A DNA stretch of 57,753 nucleotides, filler included, from Catajapyx aquilonaris (GCA_000934665.2; 4 parts of 4 records of this genome joined end to end with filler, not necessarily neighbours in it); one strand, 5' to 3'. Counted from the whole stretch's first letter, positions 12,069-25,279 are shown. Numbers and translations: made by a program. Notes: generated by a model from the letters alone, not told the origin.

Positions 12069-12480
12069 CTATCTTTTCTTCTGAATAGGTATGATTTTCT
12101 TATGCTTTCTCATATTACGCTTCCTTTTTTTCTGTTCTGGTTGTGCGAATTGGACATCTGCTACACCTGATCGCATAGCCCATTCGCGATCCTTAACCAC
12201 TTCTTCTGTCGATGCCTTATTAGCCCTTTTGAGTATGGATAAGTCTGGTCGGTAAATAGATCTCAATCAATCGTACTCCAGAATAGCTGACTCTTGAGCC
12301 TTGATGTTAGTAAAGGAGGCATTGATGAGATGCACTCCGTTGAGACTTTTAACTCTGGAAAGAGCCACGTAGGCTTGACCGCACGAGAAGACAGAGGAAC
12401 CAATATCGATGAGTGCATTAGTGAGACTCAGGCCTTGGCTCTTGCGTATGGTAATGGCATATGCCAAAGAAATTGGGAAT
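12069..12480 (-). pseudogene. PIF1-like helicase C-terminus from a Helitron/Helentron
   Basis: LAYAITIRKSQGLSL and GQAYVALSRVKSL (helicase motifs V/VI); frameshifted. Confidence 0.85.
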
Positions 12481-13254
12481 ATTATTGTTCCCTGTAAAGA
12501 TAGGCTCTATTGATGACCTCGAATTTTGTATTTGTATTTGTATGAAATGCAATCGCAGCTTCNGGAAGGTAGGGGGTGAGGAGATGAGAACGTGGGGAAG
12601 GCAGGAGGAGCACCAGCACAACTGGAATTTCAAAGTAAAAAGTAATCCGTGGTAAAAATGCCGCATCTGGTAAGCAGCAGCAGACTTCGTGAAATTATTT
12701 TTTTTTGAGCATTTAGACTCAAAAAAGTGCAGTTTTCAGATTTATTCTGGTGTTTGTTTGACAAGCTCGACCAGCATACCAAATTTCAGCATCCTAGGAC
12801 CACTGGAAGTTCCGTATAATTTTGATGATCAGTGAGTCAGTGAGTGTCATATTTTGGCCGTTTCGGGAGTTTTTAGGATTTTTCAAGTCGGAAATGAAAA
12901 GAGATATAAACATGGAAGTAAGGGGGTATTATTTTTAACCAATTTTTATCTACCCAAATAAAATTTTTGAAGCCACCTATGTTCACCAGTGCGAAGATTC
13001 GAGGGGGTCAAAGTGACGTGAGTTGTGTCGGGTAAAGGTGGTCCGGCAGTGCGGCGAGAACTTGGCAGGGGCAGGTTACACATCGATAGGCCTGTGGGAT
13101 CCCTCTTGTGCAACCCCAATATTTAAATCACAGTGATGGTACTGGATTTTGATTATGGATAATGGTTTTCCACAATGGAGAAAAACTTGAACATGGAGCT
13201 AACCCATCAAAACTCTTTCCATAAGAGGCAAACCTCTGCCAAACATGGGATATA

Positions 13255-13979
13255 CGAGGTCGGCTTGATAAGTTTTGCCTCCTAGGCAATAATTTAAATA
13301 ATACACAGGTTAATCACATAAACTGTATGTCTGATGAAAGCTTGGAATGTCCTCTACCAGGTGGTCTCACTACTTTTCCACGAAGTCACCAACCCTATCC
13401 ACACACAAGCGCTAACGTCAGACCAGTTGTTATATCCCATCGGAGACAAAATCAGCAGTACTCTCCAGGAACCAATCATGCACACCTGTTTGCACCTCCG
13501 CGTAACTGCTGTAACAGTGTCCCTTCAGGTGTTCTTTCAACTTTGTGAAAAGGAAAAAGTCACAGGTTAAGAGATGCAGATTCTATGACAATCCTAATCT
13601 ATGCATGACTCAACAAACCAGTATGCAATGCAGCATCAGACGCCATGCAGCCAGGATTTCTCAACTTGCGACTTTTTCCTTTTGATGAAGCTGAAAGGAC
13701 ACCTGAAGGGACAACAATACACCAGTATACTGAGGTGAAACCAGATGTGCTTCGCTGGTGCTGGGAGAAAACGCCCGATTTCTTCTCCAATGAGCTGAAA
13801 CAACTGGTCTGACATTGGTGCATGCATGTGACTAGGGATGGTGACTTTCATGGAAAAGTAGTCAGGAAAACCATCTGGTAACGATATTCCAAGCTTTCAC
13901 CAGACATACAGTTTACGCAATTATCTTGCGTATTATTGAAATTATTGCCTAGGAGTCGAAACTTTTCAAACCGACCTCG
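13255..13979. mobile_element. Older mariner-type palindromic MITE
   Basis: TA-cgaggtcgg...ccgacctcg-TA; degenerate inverted arms of ~300 bp. Confidence 0.8.
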
Positions 13980-14145
13980 TAATTCAGGACATTGAAAAGG
14001 GAAGGGTGTGGTGCTAACCACTACACCGTACCACCCTTATCAGGAATTAAATTGCACCAGCTGAAACTGACACATTTGCCATTCCAAATCACCCTTCAAA
14101 TGGTCTGTACACATAAAAACACCATGGCATCCCACGGACTACTTA

Positions 14146-14343
14146 GGACCGGTTCCCACGTGGCCACTTTTCGTGGCAGCAACTGGCCACAGCAACTGAC
14201 CACTTTTGGAAATACACAGGATTGAATGGAGCATTCACTCGTGGCCAGTGGCCACGCTCTCATTCAATCCTGTGTATTTCCAAAAGTGGTCAGTTGCTGT
14301 GCCCAGTTGCTGCCATTAAAAGTGGCCACGTGTGAACTGGGCC
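14146..14343. mobile_element. PIF/Harbinger-type palindromic MITE
   Basis: GG...CC termini, TTA on both sides, nearly fully palindromic. Confidence 0.8.
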
Positions 14344-14423
14344 TTATAGATGCCAAAAACCAAACTTGAGGGCACATTACGAGTTCTTACAAAAGTGGAA
14401 CACCCTGCTCATCCCCCCCCCCC

Positions 14424-14523
14424 NNNNNNNNNNNNNNNNNNNNNNNNNNNNNNNNNNNNNNNNNNNNTTAATTAATTAANNNNNNNNNNNNNNNNNNNNN
14501 NNNNNNNNNNNNNNNNNNNNNNN
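14424..14523. other. Artificial contig linker
   Basis: N44-TTAATTAATTAA-N44, stops in all six frames. Confidence 0.97.
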
Positions 14524-15070
14524 CTGACACCGCTCCGTTGCACCTGCAACGGAGCAGCGTTACGCCTGGCGGAAGTCGGACCATCCGACACCGACCAGGG
14601 CTGCGTTGACACAGACTGGCTACGCCGAGATTCGGCGACACGTACCCGTCTGGCCCGCAATGCTGCAGCTACCGCAGCATCATCTGCATGGGCGGAAACG
14701 CCCAGCAATGCGCGTAAACGCGCATCCAGATCATCCGCCGGATGATCATCACCGTCAGTGGGAGTCAAATAACCCCCACTGCCCTCCGAATCATACCCAC
14801 TCATCTGAGTGGGTCACTTACCTGTGAGACGAGCACGTTGGGCTGCCATTGTAACGGTTAAGGCACCGTCGTCGCCCAGGCTACTCAAATGATACACAGT
14901 GGGTTCGGTTCACACAGGTGTTTTATTCTGAACTGTCCCCAAAAGGGGCTGGAGTACAAGTAACAGGAGGGGTACCAAAGTGCAGGAGCTGAGGGCTCCT
15001 TCTGGTGGCCCCACCCACCAGGGGGGAAATAACTGGGTCAGCCCAGCCCCCTGGTGAGTGGGACGTCACA
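14524..15070 (-). mobile_element. LTR retrotransposon 5' end (LTR 14850-15070, PBS, start of gag-like ORF at 14804)
   Basis: Minus strand TGTGACG...CGTTACA LTR containing AATAAA, then tggcagcccaacgtg (tRNA-Lys-like PBS) and ORF MSGYDSEGSGG running off the contig. Confidence 0.8.
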
Positions 15071-15404
15071 CTACATGTACACTGACGAAGAGCCAGAGCA
15101 TATTGACACGCTGGCATTCGGTATCCTTCAGGCAGCTGAGATGTACGACCTGAAAGGTTTGAAGCAAATGTGCGAAACTCATTTGGGTCGAAAACTAGAA
15201 GTAGGCAACGTTCACACTATTTTGTGCCAGGCTATAACTTTCAACTATCCCAATTTGAAGCAGAAGTGCATTGAATACGCCATGGAACATATTGAGGAGT
15301 TCAGAGCCTCAGACACTTGGGAGGAGGCCAAGTCTCTTCTTCCCTCAGGTATAATGTTTGAAATCATGGAATCAATCATACCCAAAATGAAAGAAGTCCT
15401 ATAG
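15071..15404 (+). pseudogene. SPOP/roadkill-like BTB-BACK protein, 3' part, disrupted by LTR insertion
   Basis: YMYTD...ILQAAEMYDLKGLKQMCETHL...LKQKCIEY; coding sequence begins directly at the LTR boundary with no splice acceptor. Confidence 0.8.
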
Positions 15405-16458
15405 AAAGAATGTCATATTGTCTTGCCTGTGCTCTATGCACTTTACAGTATAGGGTCTATTATTCTTCCTGATTCAGATTGTACTAGCATTCCAGCCTCT
15501 AATTTTGTTGCGAATAATAAAGCTGTGTGTGGAGAGCCAATACAGCTTGGATAATATGATTTTTTTACTGAGTCAGAGTGTGCCCTAAATATTCAGAGAG
15601 ACCAGATCAGATACGAGATTTTCAGTGTGTGGATTACTTGCATAATTATTCATCATTCTGGTGTTATATATTAACATGGAAGCATCCTATACTGCTCAAA
15701 TGCAAGCAATAATATATTAAGAACAGTATTTGTAAGAATCAGCTACTCTCAATAATGTGGAACTACAGTGCATTTAAATGTGTGAAAGTTAAATTGTCCT
15801 TTATTCAGTGTTGCAGGTATTTTGTGAAATGGGTAAGAACCTGCACAATAAAATCAGATCAATTACTAATCACTCATGCAAATCATGCACCACACTTGAT
15901 ATTTAATACCGTCTTTCATAATAATTGCAAGTGTGTTTTGTGGTCCTTTGAAGAATGTACACCAATGTACTGCAGGTAACATATTGGCCAACATGTCCGT
16001 ATGTGGTGTCAATCCCTGTTGAAGGATGTCTCGTGGCAATTCTTCACCAACTCTATTTGGAAATAGTAAAGGTTTCAGTTACTGTGCATTTTGGAGAGTT
16101 GCTTTGTATTCTGGAAAAATAAAATATCTGCCATTGTTGCAATTATTTTTGTAAATCTGTTAATATTGTGTAATTACTGATGGCTCTTGAATTCCCACCA
16201 TCCAATACATCCAATTACAAGGCTGTGTGTGCCACCAATGCCCCTGATGAGATGTTACTGAAGTAATTTATTGCTTATGAAAGTGGAACTGGTAAAGTTC
16301 ACTTTTGAATGAATTTTGTTCAGTTTACTCTCCGTTTACAAACCAGTTATTCAGTATGTACTGTATTTGTGAAAATCTTAAGTCATCATAATACAAATGA
16401 TGAAATGTAGCTAATAATGACTATAATAATTACACTTTTGACACTATAATTATCCTCT

Positions 16459-18272
16459 CAATGGCTTGAAGTTTTAGATTATGCATGCCAATGACGTAAA
16501 CGTGGAAGTTTTTTTTAGATACAGTGTACAACCCATGGAATATTTTATTCCTGATCCTGCATGCTATGTTAATATTATTGCAAATTCATTTTTTTGGTAT
16601 AAGTCCAATCTTCCTGTCTCCTGTGCTGGTAGTTTCAAATCCATCCCGTCCAGACACCATATTCGGGTTTCATTTGATCCGCCCTCGTAGCATACTGTAA
16701 ATTTTAAGTGCTGTAATGCCTAGCATGATATGGTTACTTCATAAGAGTAAATCAATGACCGCCAGTAAGTGTATTTCAGGAAGAGTCAATTGTTGTAATG
16801 CCAAATGAGATTGTTTTGAGACATACAAAAATGTGTTGTACTATTCGGAATTGTTCATCTCTCCGTCAAGTTTGTTAGTTTGATTTGGTAAAACAACTAG
16901 CTATATAAGTTATTGGTCTATTTTGAAGTATGCCTTTTTAGGTGACTAGTTTACCCAATGGGAAAAAAAATCTGCAAGGCACGAAGTAGTAATTATATGT
17001 TATACTATGGAATAGAGACAATGAAGGTTTGTCAATATTATCCTTCATCATTGAATGCCATAAAAAGTTAAAGATACAGGACTATAACGTCTCAAATCCC
17101 CCTGGAGCCGTTGTAAAATTATTTTTATATACATATAGTAACATTTTCGGCACCGACCTTCACAACTCAGGTGCCAACTGACTGGAGGAAAAACTGGTCA
17201 ATGAGCTCATCCTATTCACTTCTGCGTCTAATATTGTAAGGTGCAATCTCCAGGTGAACATTATCAATCAAATGTGGATGGGATCCTATAAAATAAATTT
17301 TATTCTGCGCGGTTTTGCTATCCCGCTGGACTCCTCCCCTTATCCTATTGGATTGTTTAATTATTCGAAGTGAGTAGAGCCATATACTGTGCCGCTCCTG
17401 TACTATACCCAAGGACTGCACCTTTACAATAAATTCATTCGTGTGCATTATACACATACCATTGATAATTGCTAAATGCCCAAGTCCATGTAAATCACAG
17501 TTATGTCCATGGTGGTTGATCATGACCTCTTTCTTGTCCAGCAGGCATATTCCGACCAATTTGACCATGATGTGACTGGGCTCAATGGCATACATCAGTG
17601 GTCAATATTATTAACAGACTTATGTTGACTTCATGAACCTCATTAAAATGGCTATTATTCATGTTACTGTGCACATACCGTTACATCCATAGGTGCAGGC
17701 GTGCAGCTGCTTTCAGGATCGAGTCAGACCACCAGGTACAGGCATCTGGAGCCTCCTCCTTCCACGTCAAGACCCGAACTGGTTGGGCTATGCAGACATC
17801 CGCCCATCCAGTATAGTTTGAGAGAGGTCCATGGTCACGTGTCCAAGTGACTATTATTTTGGTACTATATCCCAGCAATATAACCTCCTCTGCATTCATA
17901 CTATAATATTGCTACAGTTCCGATCCAATCCACCTATTTCAATATTCTACTTTTTCTTATAGGCAATCGGAGCACATTTTACGAATCACGTGCATTATTA
18001 ACGGCCGCTCTTGATACGCATGACATTTTTTTTTCTGAATTTAATCAATGTGGCTGAATTACCTACTCAACATTTTGTATCAATTTGTCCGCATTAGAAT
18101 AGTGCTATTGGTTCTGTTAATGTTATTGATTGATGTCGATAAGTATGTTAGGAAAAACTATACACACTTGAATGCAATTTTATGTTGTCGTCCCCCGGTT
18201 ATCCGGGGGTTTGTCTTCTACTGTTTCAGTTATCCACGTTTTCAATATTAAATAAATATTAAATAAGAAAAC
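16459..18272 (+). repeat. Local duplication, copy A (copy B = 25280-27203 plus 28785-28803)
   Basis: High-identity direct repeat of ~1.8 kb. Confidence 0.9.
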
Positions 18273-20168
18273 GATTCGTTTAAAAATGCAACACGTATTT
18301 TTATTGGGATATACACTACGCCAGCGCCACTGCCCTGGCCTGTAAGATCCTTCCTTGGCTGCCACCAGGTGAAGGTGAAGGTTCGTGATTGCATGATCCT
18401 GTATACAATAATCATAATTATAGCTTGTAAACAATATTTGGACTCAAATCGTAACTGGTGTAATAATAGCCCTACTGTATATTAATACTCCCATACAAGA
18501 GGCCTACATCTGCGGGAAGTAAGCTTCGCTATTTGCAAAATAAAAGTGTTATATAAGAATACTTGTTTGCCATTCAAATTGGTTTCCTTCGCCAGATACT
18601 TTGGCAGGCTTAATAGTTCAATAATGCATTATGCATTGCGCGTTTTGTCAACGAGCATGTGCTGCCCTACTATTTTTTCTCTAAAATGCCATGGGGAGAC
18701 ACAATTTGTTCATCTGGAAAAATAACCCCCCCCCCCCCATNCCCCATTTCATAGCATTGAGCTGTGTCTACGCAATGTACCATTGTTAGATTGTGGATTT
18801 AGTATACATGCACCCTCAATCACTAATATATTTTAAAACGAAAAATTACATAACATGCTGCTCCTTATTTTCATGCCGCTGTTACACCCTGGCTTACCTG
18901 GCATCCTGTTTACCCCAGCACCAATTTGCGCCAGTTTGAGTAAGCAACAGTAGTTACCAATGAAATCATTCTCTTCAACTCCTGGGTTAAGACCTTGGCA
19001 ACCTCGGATGAAACCTGTAAGTCGTGTTGCAACTCTGGTATGGTCGCCATTTCCATTTCCAAATCTCCGAAAAGAAGGATACAGCTGCTATGAATATAGG
19101 ATAAATACAACATACGGTAGACTACGGTACAAAATTTTTTAAGTATAGTTATGCATTCTTACTTCATGATAACTGATATACCCTCAGTTACGAAATTATT
19201 GTATTTAACACTCTAATGGCTGAAGTCTTCAGCATATAAATTTAACATTACTCAAACATGTTTTACGGTGAGTTGAAGTACATAAAAAGCCGTAGAAAGT
19301 GTAGGCCTACATGTATTAGTACTTAAGAGAATTTATTTGTCAAATGACGCTATAAACAAACAAATCAGATCAATTACTAATTACTTATGCAAATCATGCT
19401 CCATATTTGATATTTAACACTCTATTTCATGACTTTCAGGTGTGCTTTGTGCTCCTTTGAAGAGCTGCCTTGTATTGTGCGAAAATAAAATATCATCAAA
19501 AACGCGCTCGTAAAAAACGCGCCAATTCGTATTCCTTTGGCGAAAAAAGGTGTCGTGAAAATGAAATGAAATGAAATTTTTCTACGGTAGGTATATTTCA
19601 TGGATGAGGCGACTTTTTTATTTGAATCATCAAGAACAATATGGTGTAAATATCAGAGATATATCCAGCACCTACGGGTTAGGATTGCAAAGGTGACTCC
19701 AAATGTCATCGAGACCATAATTAAATATATTTTTTTCAATCTGCCAAGCGACAAATGAACCACATATCGAAACGAACTAAGGTTAATCCCAAACTGTAAA
19801 CTTTCCTTAGTATTTCAAAGGTTACATAATTCAGATATGCCTGCAAGTTTCGAGTGATAGGGTTCTTAAAATGGGAAATTCTTTTTCCATGACCCTGTAT
19901 ATTACACCAGGAGCCGGTACTTTCTGTAGGTCTATGTAATCTGACAGATGTTTGGGGTTTGTTATTCTGAACCATGTTCGGTCGGAGTCCAGCATTCGAA
20001 CGAAAATGGCGTCATTCATCTCAACTGAGTTATTTTAAATAACAGTGAGTGAGGAACAAAACTTTGAGGGAGAAAAGATAAAAAAGACCCTAACCTTGGG
20101 AAGTGGAATAAGTGAGAAAATATTCAAACACTGCTGATAATTATGCAGACTTTGAGAAATTCCTCCTA

Positions 20169-21641
20169 TCACTCTCCTCCAGCAGCAGCACAAGGGGAAA
20201 CTCGCTTCTTAAGCATTTCAAAGGCACACGAGATGATTCCAGCTGTCAAGCCAAAGGAGAGTATTATGAAGGGTCCCTGCAGGACTTCCAGCCCCAAGAT
20301 TTTGGGGCCGTCTTCCATGCCCAGACCTCCAGCGAGATTTGTCTTTTCCTTCACTGCCTCCATTGTGTTGTGATACTCTAACAGATTGACGTAAAGCCCC
20401 AGTAAGCCTGAGCTTATGAAACGCGAGAGAAATGTGTTCACAGACTGGATGTAAACTGCATGTTTAGGGGTCACAAACACGAAGTATACGGAAAATTCTC
20501 GGGCGCCTTCTGGGATGTACAGAAGGGGGCTCTTTCCATCTGCTGCCAGATAGACCTTGCTGTAGGACTTGATGAGAATGCTAATGGAGGAGCAAGAAGA
20601 GCGCTCCTGCTTCAGAATCATTTCCATACATGGAAATATATCTTTAGTTGGTTCCATTTTTTTGGCCAAATGATTCAGGATGTCGTCCTGCAATTGGAGT
20701 CGGTACACGTACGCCTCCAGTAGTACCTGGTGAGAATAAACCGCATAAACTCTGTACTTTTGTGCTGGATCAAGTAGTTCCGGAAACGATTCCGGGACAG
20801 TGTTCTTCGGTGGAATGGTGATGAGAGAAAAGAGGAGTGTCTGGTAGCAAGAAGATATGATGACCACAAAGCACATCCAGGAGAGGACAATCGAGCGAAG
20901 GTTCATTCCGGGAGGCATCTCCTCGCACTGGTCAATGAGTGAGGCAGACGTGTACTTCCAGAAGAAGAGAAGTGATTTCGGCCTGCTGTGTGATTTCCCT
21001 GGGACCTTAGATGACAATGTGGATATGGCCCACATGGCGAAACCACAAGTCAGGATGCAGGCCAAAATCAAGAGCCACAAAGTGCGGGAGAAAGCGAGAA
21101 AGACGATTTTCCACGAATAAATGGGCTGGGGTTGGAGGACAGCAAAAGTTAGGTAGTCCATTGAGTAAACGAGAGTTGTTTCAGCAAACTGTCCAATATC
21201 ATGATCGGGAAGGGGATAGAAAGTTCCATGAGATTTTCCATAAACGACTTCCCCTATGGCCCCCTGGAAGGTTCCATTAGGCAGCCTTCCTTCAGTCAAC
21301 TCTGCCCCTGCTGTGGCCGGAACATATATCTCAAAACGTAAGTTCAGAAACCGTTCACATGAGAGTGCGCAAGTGGATATAATATCTACGACCTCTAATG
21401 TTTTTTCCTTCTCTGCAGCAGTTTCCAGATCAAACAACTCCACCAAAAAAGCCAACCGGAAGATCGACCCGTGGAAATCGGCTGCGTATTCCCGGAACAA
21501 GGGCAATCCTGTGGCCTGCCCTGCCCCTGAATAGGTTCCCAGAAACACGAGCTGCGGAGATCCTTCGTCGCAGAAGAAGCAGACGGAGTAGAGGGACAAG
21601 GCCAAGAGTCCTTTGTTGTCTCGCTGGACCAGAGCTGCCAC
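20169..21641 (-). CDS. Divergent ionotropic receptor (iGluR/IR family), exon 2
   Basis: NGTFQGAIGEV, LTFAVLQPQP...AFSRTLW (M1), RSIVLSWMCFVVIISSCYQTLL (M2), LQGPFIILSFGL (M3); tttcag acceptor, phase 0. Confidence 0.88.
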   Translation of the reverse strand: MAALVQRDNKGLLALSLYSVCFFCDEGSPQLVFLGTYSGAGQATGLPLFREYAADFHGSIFRLAFLVELFDLETAAEKEKTLEVVDIISTCALSCERFLNLRFEIYVPATAGAELTEGRLPNGTFQGAIGEVVYGKSHGTFYPLPDHDIGQFAETTLVYSMDYLTFAVLQPQPIYSWKIVFLAFSRTLWLLILACILTCGFAMWAISTLSSKVPGKSHSRPKSLLFFWKYTSASLIDQCEEMPPGMNLRSIVLSWMCFVVIISSCYQTLLFSLITIPPKNTVPESFPELLDPAQKYRVYAVYSHQVLLEAYVYRLQLQDDILNHLAKKMEPTKDIFPCMEMILKQERSSCSSISILIKSYSKVYLAADGKSPLLYIPEGAREFSVYFVFVTPKHAVYIQSVNTFLSRFISSGLLGLYVNLLEYHNTMEAVKEKTNLAGGLGMEDGPKILGLEVLQGPFIILSFGLTAGIISCAFEMLKKRVSPCAAAGGE

Positions 21642-21837
21642 CTGAAACCCACACAAAAATAAATTGTCGTCTCTAATTTTGCAGCTAAAATGATACATAG
21701 TCTACGTGTTTGGCTTTACCGGGATATTCTGATTGATTGTAACATAGCTTAAAGCCGGAAAGAGAAATACCATCACGTAGGAAGGAAATGTCGGAAATCC
21801 GGAGTCGACTGCACTGTACAGTACTACATTACAATTA

Positions 21838-22729
21838 CACAGCGCAACAAAAAAAAAACTTTCGGCGTGTTACTCGGAAATCACTATGTAGATCATGATA
21901 GTAGGACCCAAAGTAGCTGGGAAACGCCCGGGATTTCTCTCCCAAAATGTGCAGTGGGTCAGGGTGACCAAAAATCCGAAAAACTCAAAATATTGACGTT
22001 TTTTTGGCCTATTTCCAGGTCTGGCAACCACTGTAAGTTTCGGATTTTGTTTTTGCTGGCAGTAGGTGTTATCTGGGTCTAGTCCGAAGCCACTATGGTG
22101 TTTAAAGTCAATCTTTCATAGAAACTGTGGTTTTCCAGGGTCCTTTTTATGGAAGAAATGTACGCGTACAAAAAAAAAACACGCGTACATGGGTTGCTTA
22201 TGGAAATCGTAGTCTTTTTCCATACTATGGAGGTCCCTGACAGTTTGTTAGACTAAGCCGAGGAATATCGCGTACTAGGATTGCATAGGAAAGTTCTACT
22301 ATTATTCCTTGATTGTAGGGTCTCTAAAGAGCCCATTACGCTACACTTTTTTTTAAAAAAAGTCCATATACTGTTCCCCAAAAATTGACGAAAAAGTACC
22401 AAAAAACGGAATTTCTTCCATAAAAAGGACCCTGGAAAACCACAGTTTCTATGAAAGATTGACTTTAAACACCATAGTGGCTTCAGACTAGACCCGGGTA
22501 ACACCTAATGCCAGCAAAAACAAAATCCGAAACTTACAGTGGTTGCCAGACCTGAAAATAGGCCAAAAACGTCAATATTTTGAATTTTTCGGATTTTTGG
22601 TCACCCTGACCCACTGCACATTTTGGGAGAGAAATCCCGGGCGTTTCCCAGCTACTTTGGGTCCTACTAACATGATCTACATAGTGATTTCCGAGTAACA
22701 CGCCGAAAGTTTTTTTTTGTTGCGCTGTG
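21838..22729. mobile_element. Foldback DNA element with ~320-bp arms in the IR intron
   Basis: TA-cacagcgcaac...gttgcgctgtg-TA; arms ~21838-22159 and ~22411-22729 nearly identical. Confidence 0.9.
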
Positions 22730-22783
22730 TATTTATAAGTCAGATAGAGCGGCAAGGAGGTTCTGTTGAGAGAAACTCTATAC

Positions 22784-23308
22784 CTTGTAATGAAAGACAG
22801 CGGCAGGATCCTGCTGGAGAAGCTGGAAGAGTTCTTCCGGTTGCTGGGCATCATAGACCCAGAGGACGAAGTAGTCGTAGACTGTGCTGGTGGAGGCGGA
22901 GGTGACCAGGTCGGAGGTCACGTTGACCAGGTTGCCCTTGCTGGCCACCACCAGGTGCAGGTTCCTCCTGCCCATCGACTCCAGCTTCGGGTCAGAAGAA
23001 AAAGGTTCGGTGGGCACCCGGGTGAAGGTGGGCTGGTGACCCTCTGGTGTTGCCCTGCATGACCCCAGCTGGTAGTTGCTGTGGGTGTGGGCAAGGAGAG
23101 GTCGAAGGGTCACTGGCGGGATGGGGTCGCTCTGGTGGTGGGAGACGCGGAGGGCCACTTCTTCTCCCAGGACGTTGTCCAGAATGTCCATGGTCATGAT
23201 GGACACCAGATCAGAACCAGCCTCCATTTCTGATGGACCAGATATATTTGTTCTCGACCAACATGAGGCGACCATCGCCAAAAACACGATGCATCGAGAG
23301 AGGTCCAT
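22784..23308 (-). CDS. Ionotropic receptor exon 1 (signal peptide and N-terminal region)
   Basis: MDLSRCIVFLAMVASCWS signal-like start; 175 codons ending AAG|gtatag in phase 0; spliced product 665 aa. Confidence 0.75.
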
Positions 23309-23902
23309 GGTCACGTGCTGTCCAAGTGACTATTATTTTGGATGTCCCAGCAATATAACCTTCTCTGCATTCATACTATAATATTGCTACAGTTCCGATC
23401 CAATCCACCTCTCTCAATATTCTACTTTTTCTTAGGCAATCGGAACGCATTTTACAAATCATGTGCATTATTAAAAAGGTCGCTCTTGATACGCATGACA
23501 TTTTATCTGAAATGATCAATTTGGCTGAATTACATACTCAACATTTTGTATCAATCTGTCCGCATCAGATTAGTGCTATTGGCTCTGTTAATGCTATTTT
23601 GATTGATGTCGATAAGGTATGTTAGGAATAACTATACACTTGAATGTATCATGCCAAATACCTACTACAATTATGTTGTCGTCCCCTGGTTATCCGGGGG
23701 TTTGTTTTCCACCGTTTCCGTTATCCACGATTTTAATATTAAATAAAACTACTCGTTTAAAAATGCAACACGTATTTTTACTAGGGTATACACTGTATAC
23801 CCTATACACTACTCAACCACCCTGACCTCTATAATCCTTCTTAGGCTGCCACCAGTAGGCTAGGTGAAGGTGAAGAGTCGTCGTTGCATGATCCTGTATA
23901 CA

Positions 23903-24142
23903 TTATAATTGATATATTTAAGGAGGTTGGCCCGGTTGGCCCAGCATTGCCTTTCAACCTCCAAGGATAGGGAAGGAAGGAAGCGGCTGTGGCCTATTAT
24001 ACGGAAGCAACCCCGGAATTATCCTAGAAAGACCGTGGAAAACCACAGAAAACTACGGTCAAGGTTGCCGGCCCCGGGATTCGAACCCAGGACCTCCCGA
24101 TCAGCAGTCGGACGCCTTATCCACTATGCCAACCTGCTTCGG
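23903..24142 (-). mobile_element. tRNA-derived SINE
   Basis: A/B boxes (tggcatagtgg, ggttcgaatccc); 14-bp TSD tgatcctgtataca; empty site in paralogous copy near 18394. Confidence 0.88.
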
Positions 24143-25279
24143 TGATCCTGTATACAGTAGGCTATAGTGTGTACACAATGTATAATTATTTGGAATCAAA
24201 AAATGTTGCCCAAATCTTTACTGATGTAATAAATAGGCCTACTTGGTAATTCTGTGCAAGAGGCATGTGGGAAGTAAGTTTAGCTATTTGCAAATGTTAT
24301 ATCACAATCCTGGTTTGGCATTCAAATTATTGGTTTCCTTCGCCACTACTTTGGCAGGCTTGACAGTTCTAATCGAGGTTCAAAATAATGCATATTGGAT
24401 TTCGTGTTATGTCAACGAGCATGTGCAACTCTACTATTTTATTTGAAATGCCACGGGGAGACACAATTTGTTCATCTGGAAAATTAACCCCCCCCCCNCC
24501 CCCCCCCCCCCCCCGAATATGCGTAGGAAGGTTGGGCCGTGTTGGCGAATTTCCTTAAGTATCCAGTGACTAATATATTGTTCTTTTTTACTCTGCACAT
24601 GAATGACTATTAGTATTACCAGGTACCATAGTTTTCGCCGGACATGACTGTGGCAGTTTCGTTGGCTTCAACATAACACTATAACAGTGATTAAATCCCG
24701 ATGAACACTGGTCTCTCGAACCTGACTATAACTCTGCAGAACAATTAAATCGTCTACGCAAATTAGTAAAAAATATACATATAAAAGGCCATAGCTGCGA
24801 ACTGTGCGGGAAACATTTGGTTACCGGGCACGTACTCCATTACAAGACATTGGCAACCTCGGGTGAAGCCTTCAAGTGTTGCACCACTGGATGTTGACAG
24901 ACATGAGTCGTACTGTTGCTCATAGGGATTTCCCCGCTCTCTTTTACTTATGTAACTTGGTCGCCCTTTTCCTATTAGGCTCCAAAGTCCAAACTGCAGT
25001 CAAAACAGACTGCGTGCACGCTGGAGTTCTCAACTCGTTTGAATGGCTCGCAGTTCCTGCTGAGCAGCCCGTCATGGTTTTTGGCTGTCAGGCAGGCGAC
25101 CCGAGGATATAGTATCAAAAGTGTAATTTATTATAGACATTATTAGCTACATTTCATCATTTGTATTATGATGACTTAAGATTTTTACAAATACAGTACA
25201 TACTGAATAACTGGTTTGTAAACGGAGAGTAAACTGAACAAAATTCATTCAGAAGTGAACTTTACCAGTTCCACTTTCA

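Noticed and set aside
14468..14479. TTAA piggyBac target or biological motif
   Set aside because: Part of the synthetic linker
19736..20019. Short ORFs downstream of the IR
   Set aside because: No recognisable motif or splice support
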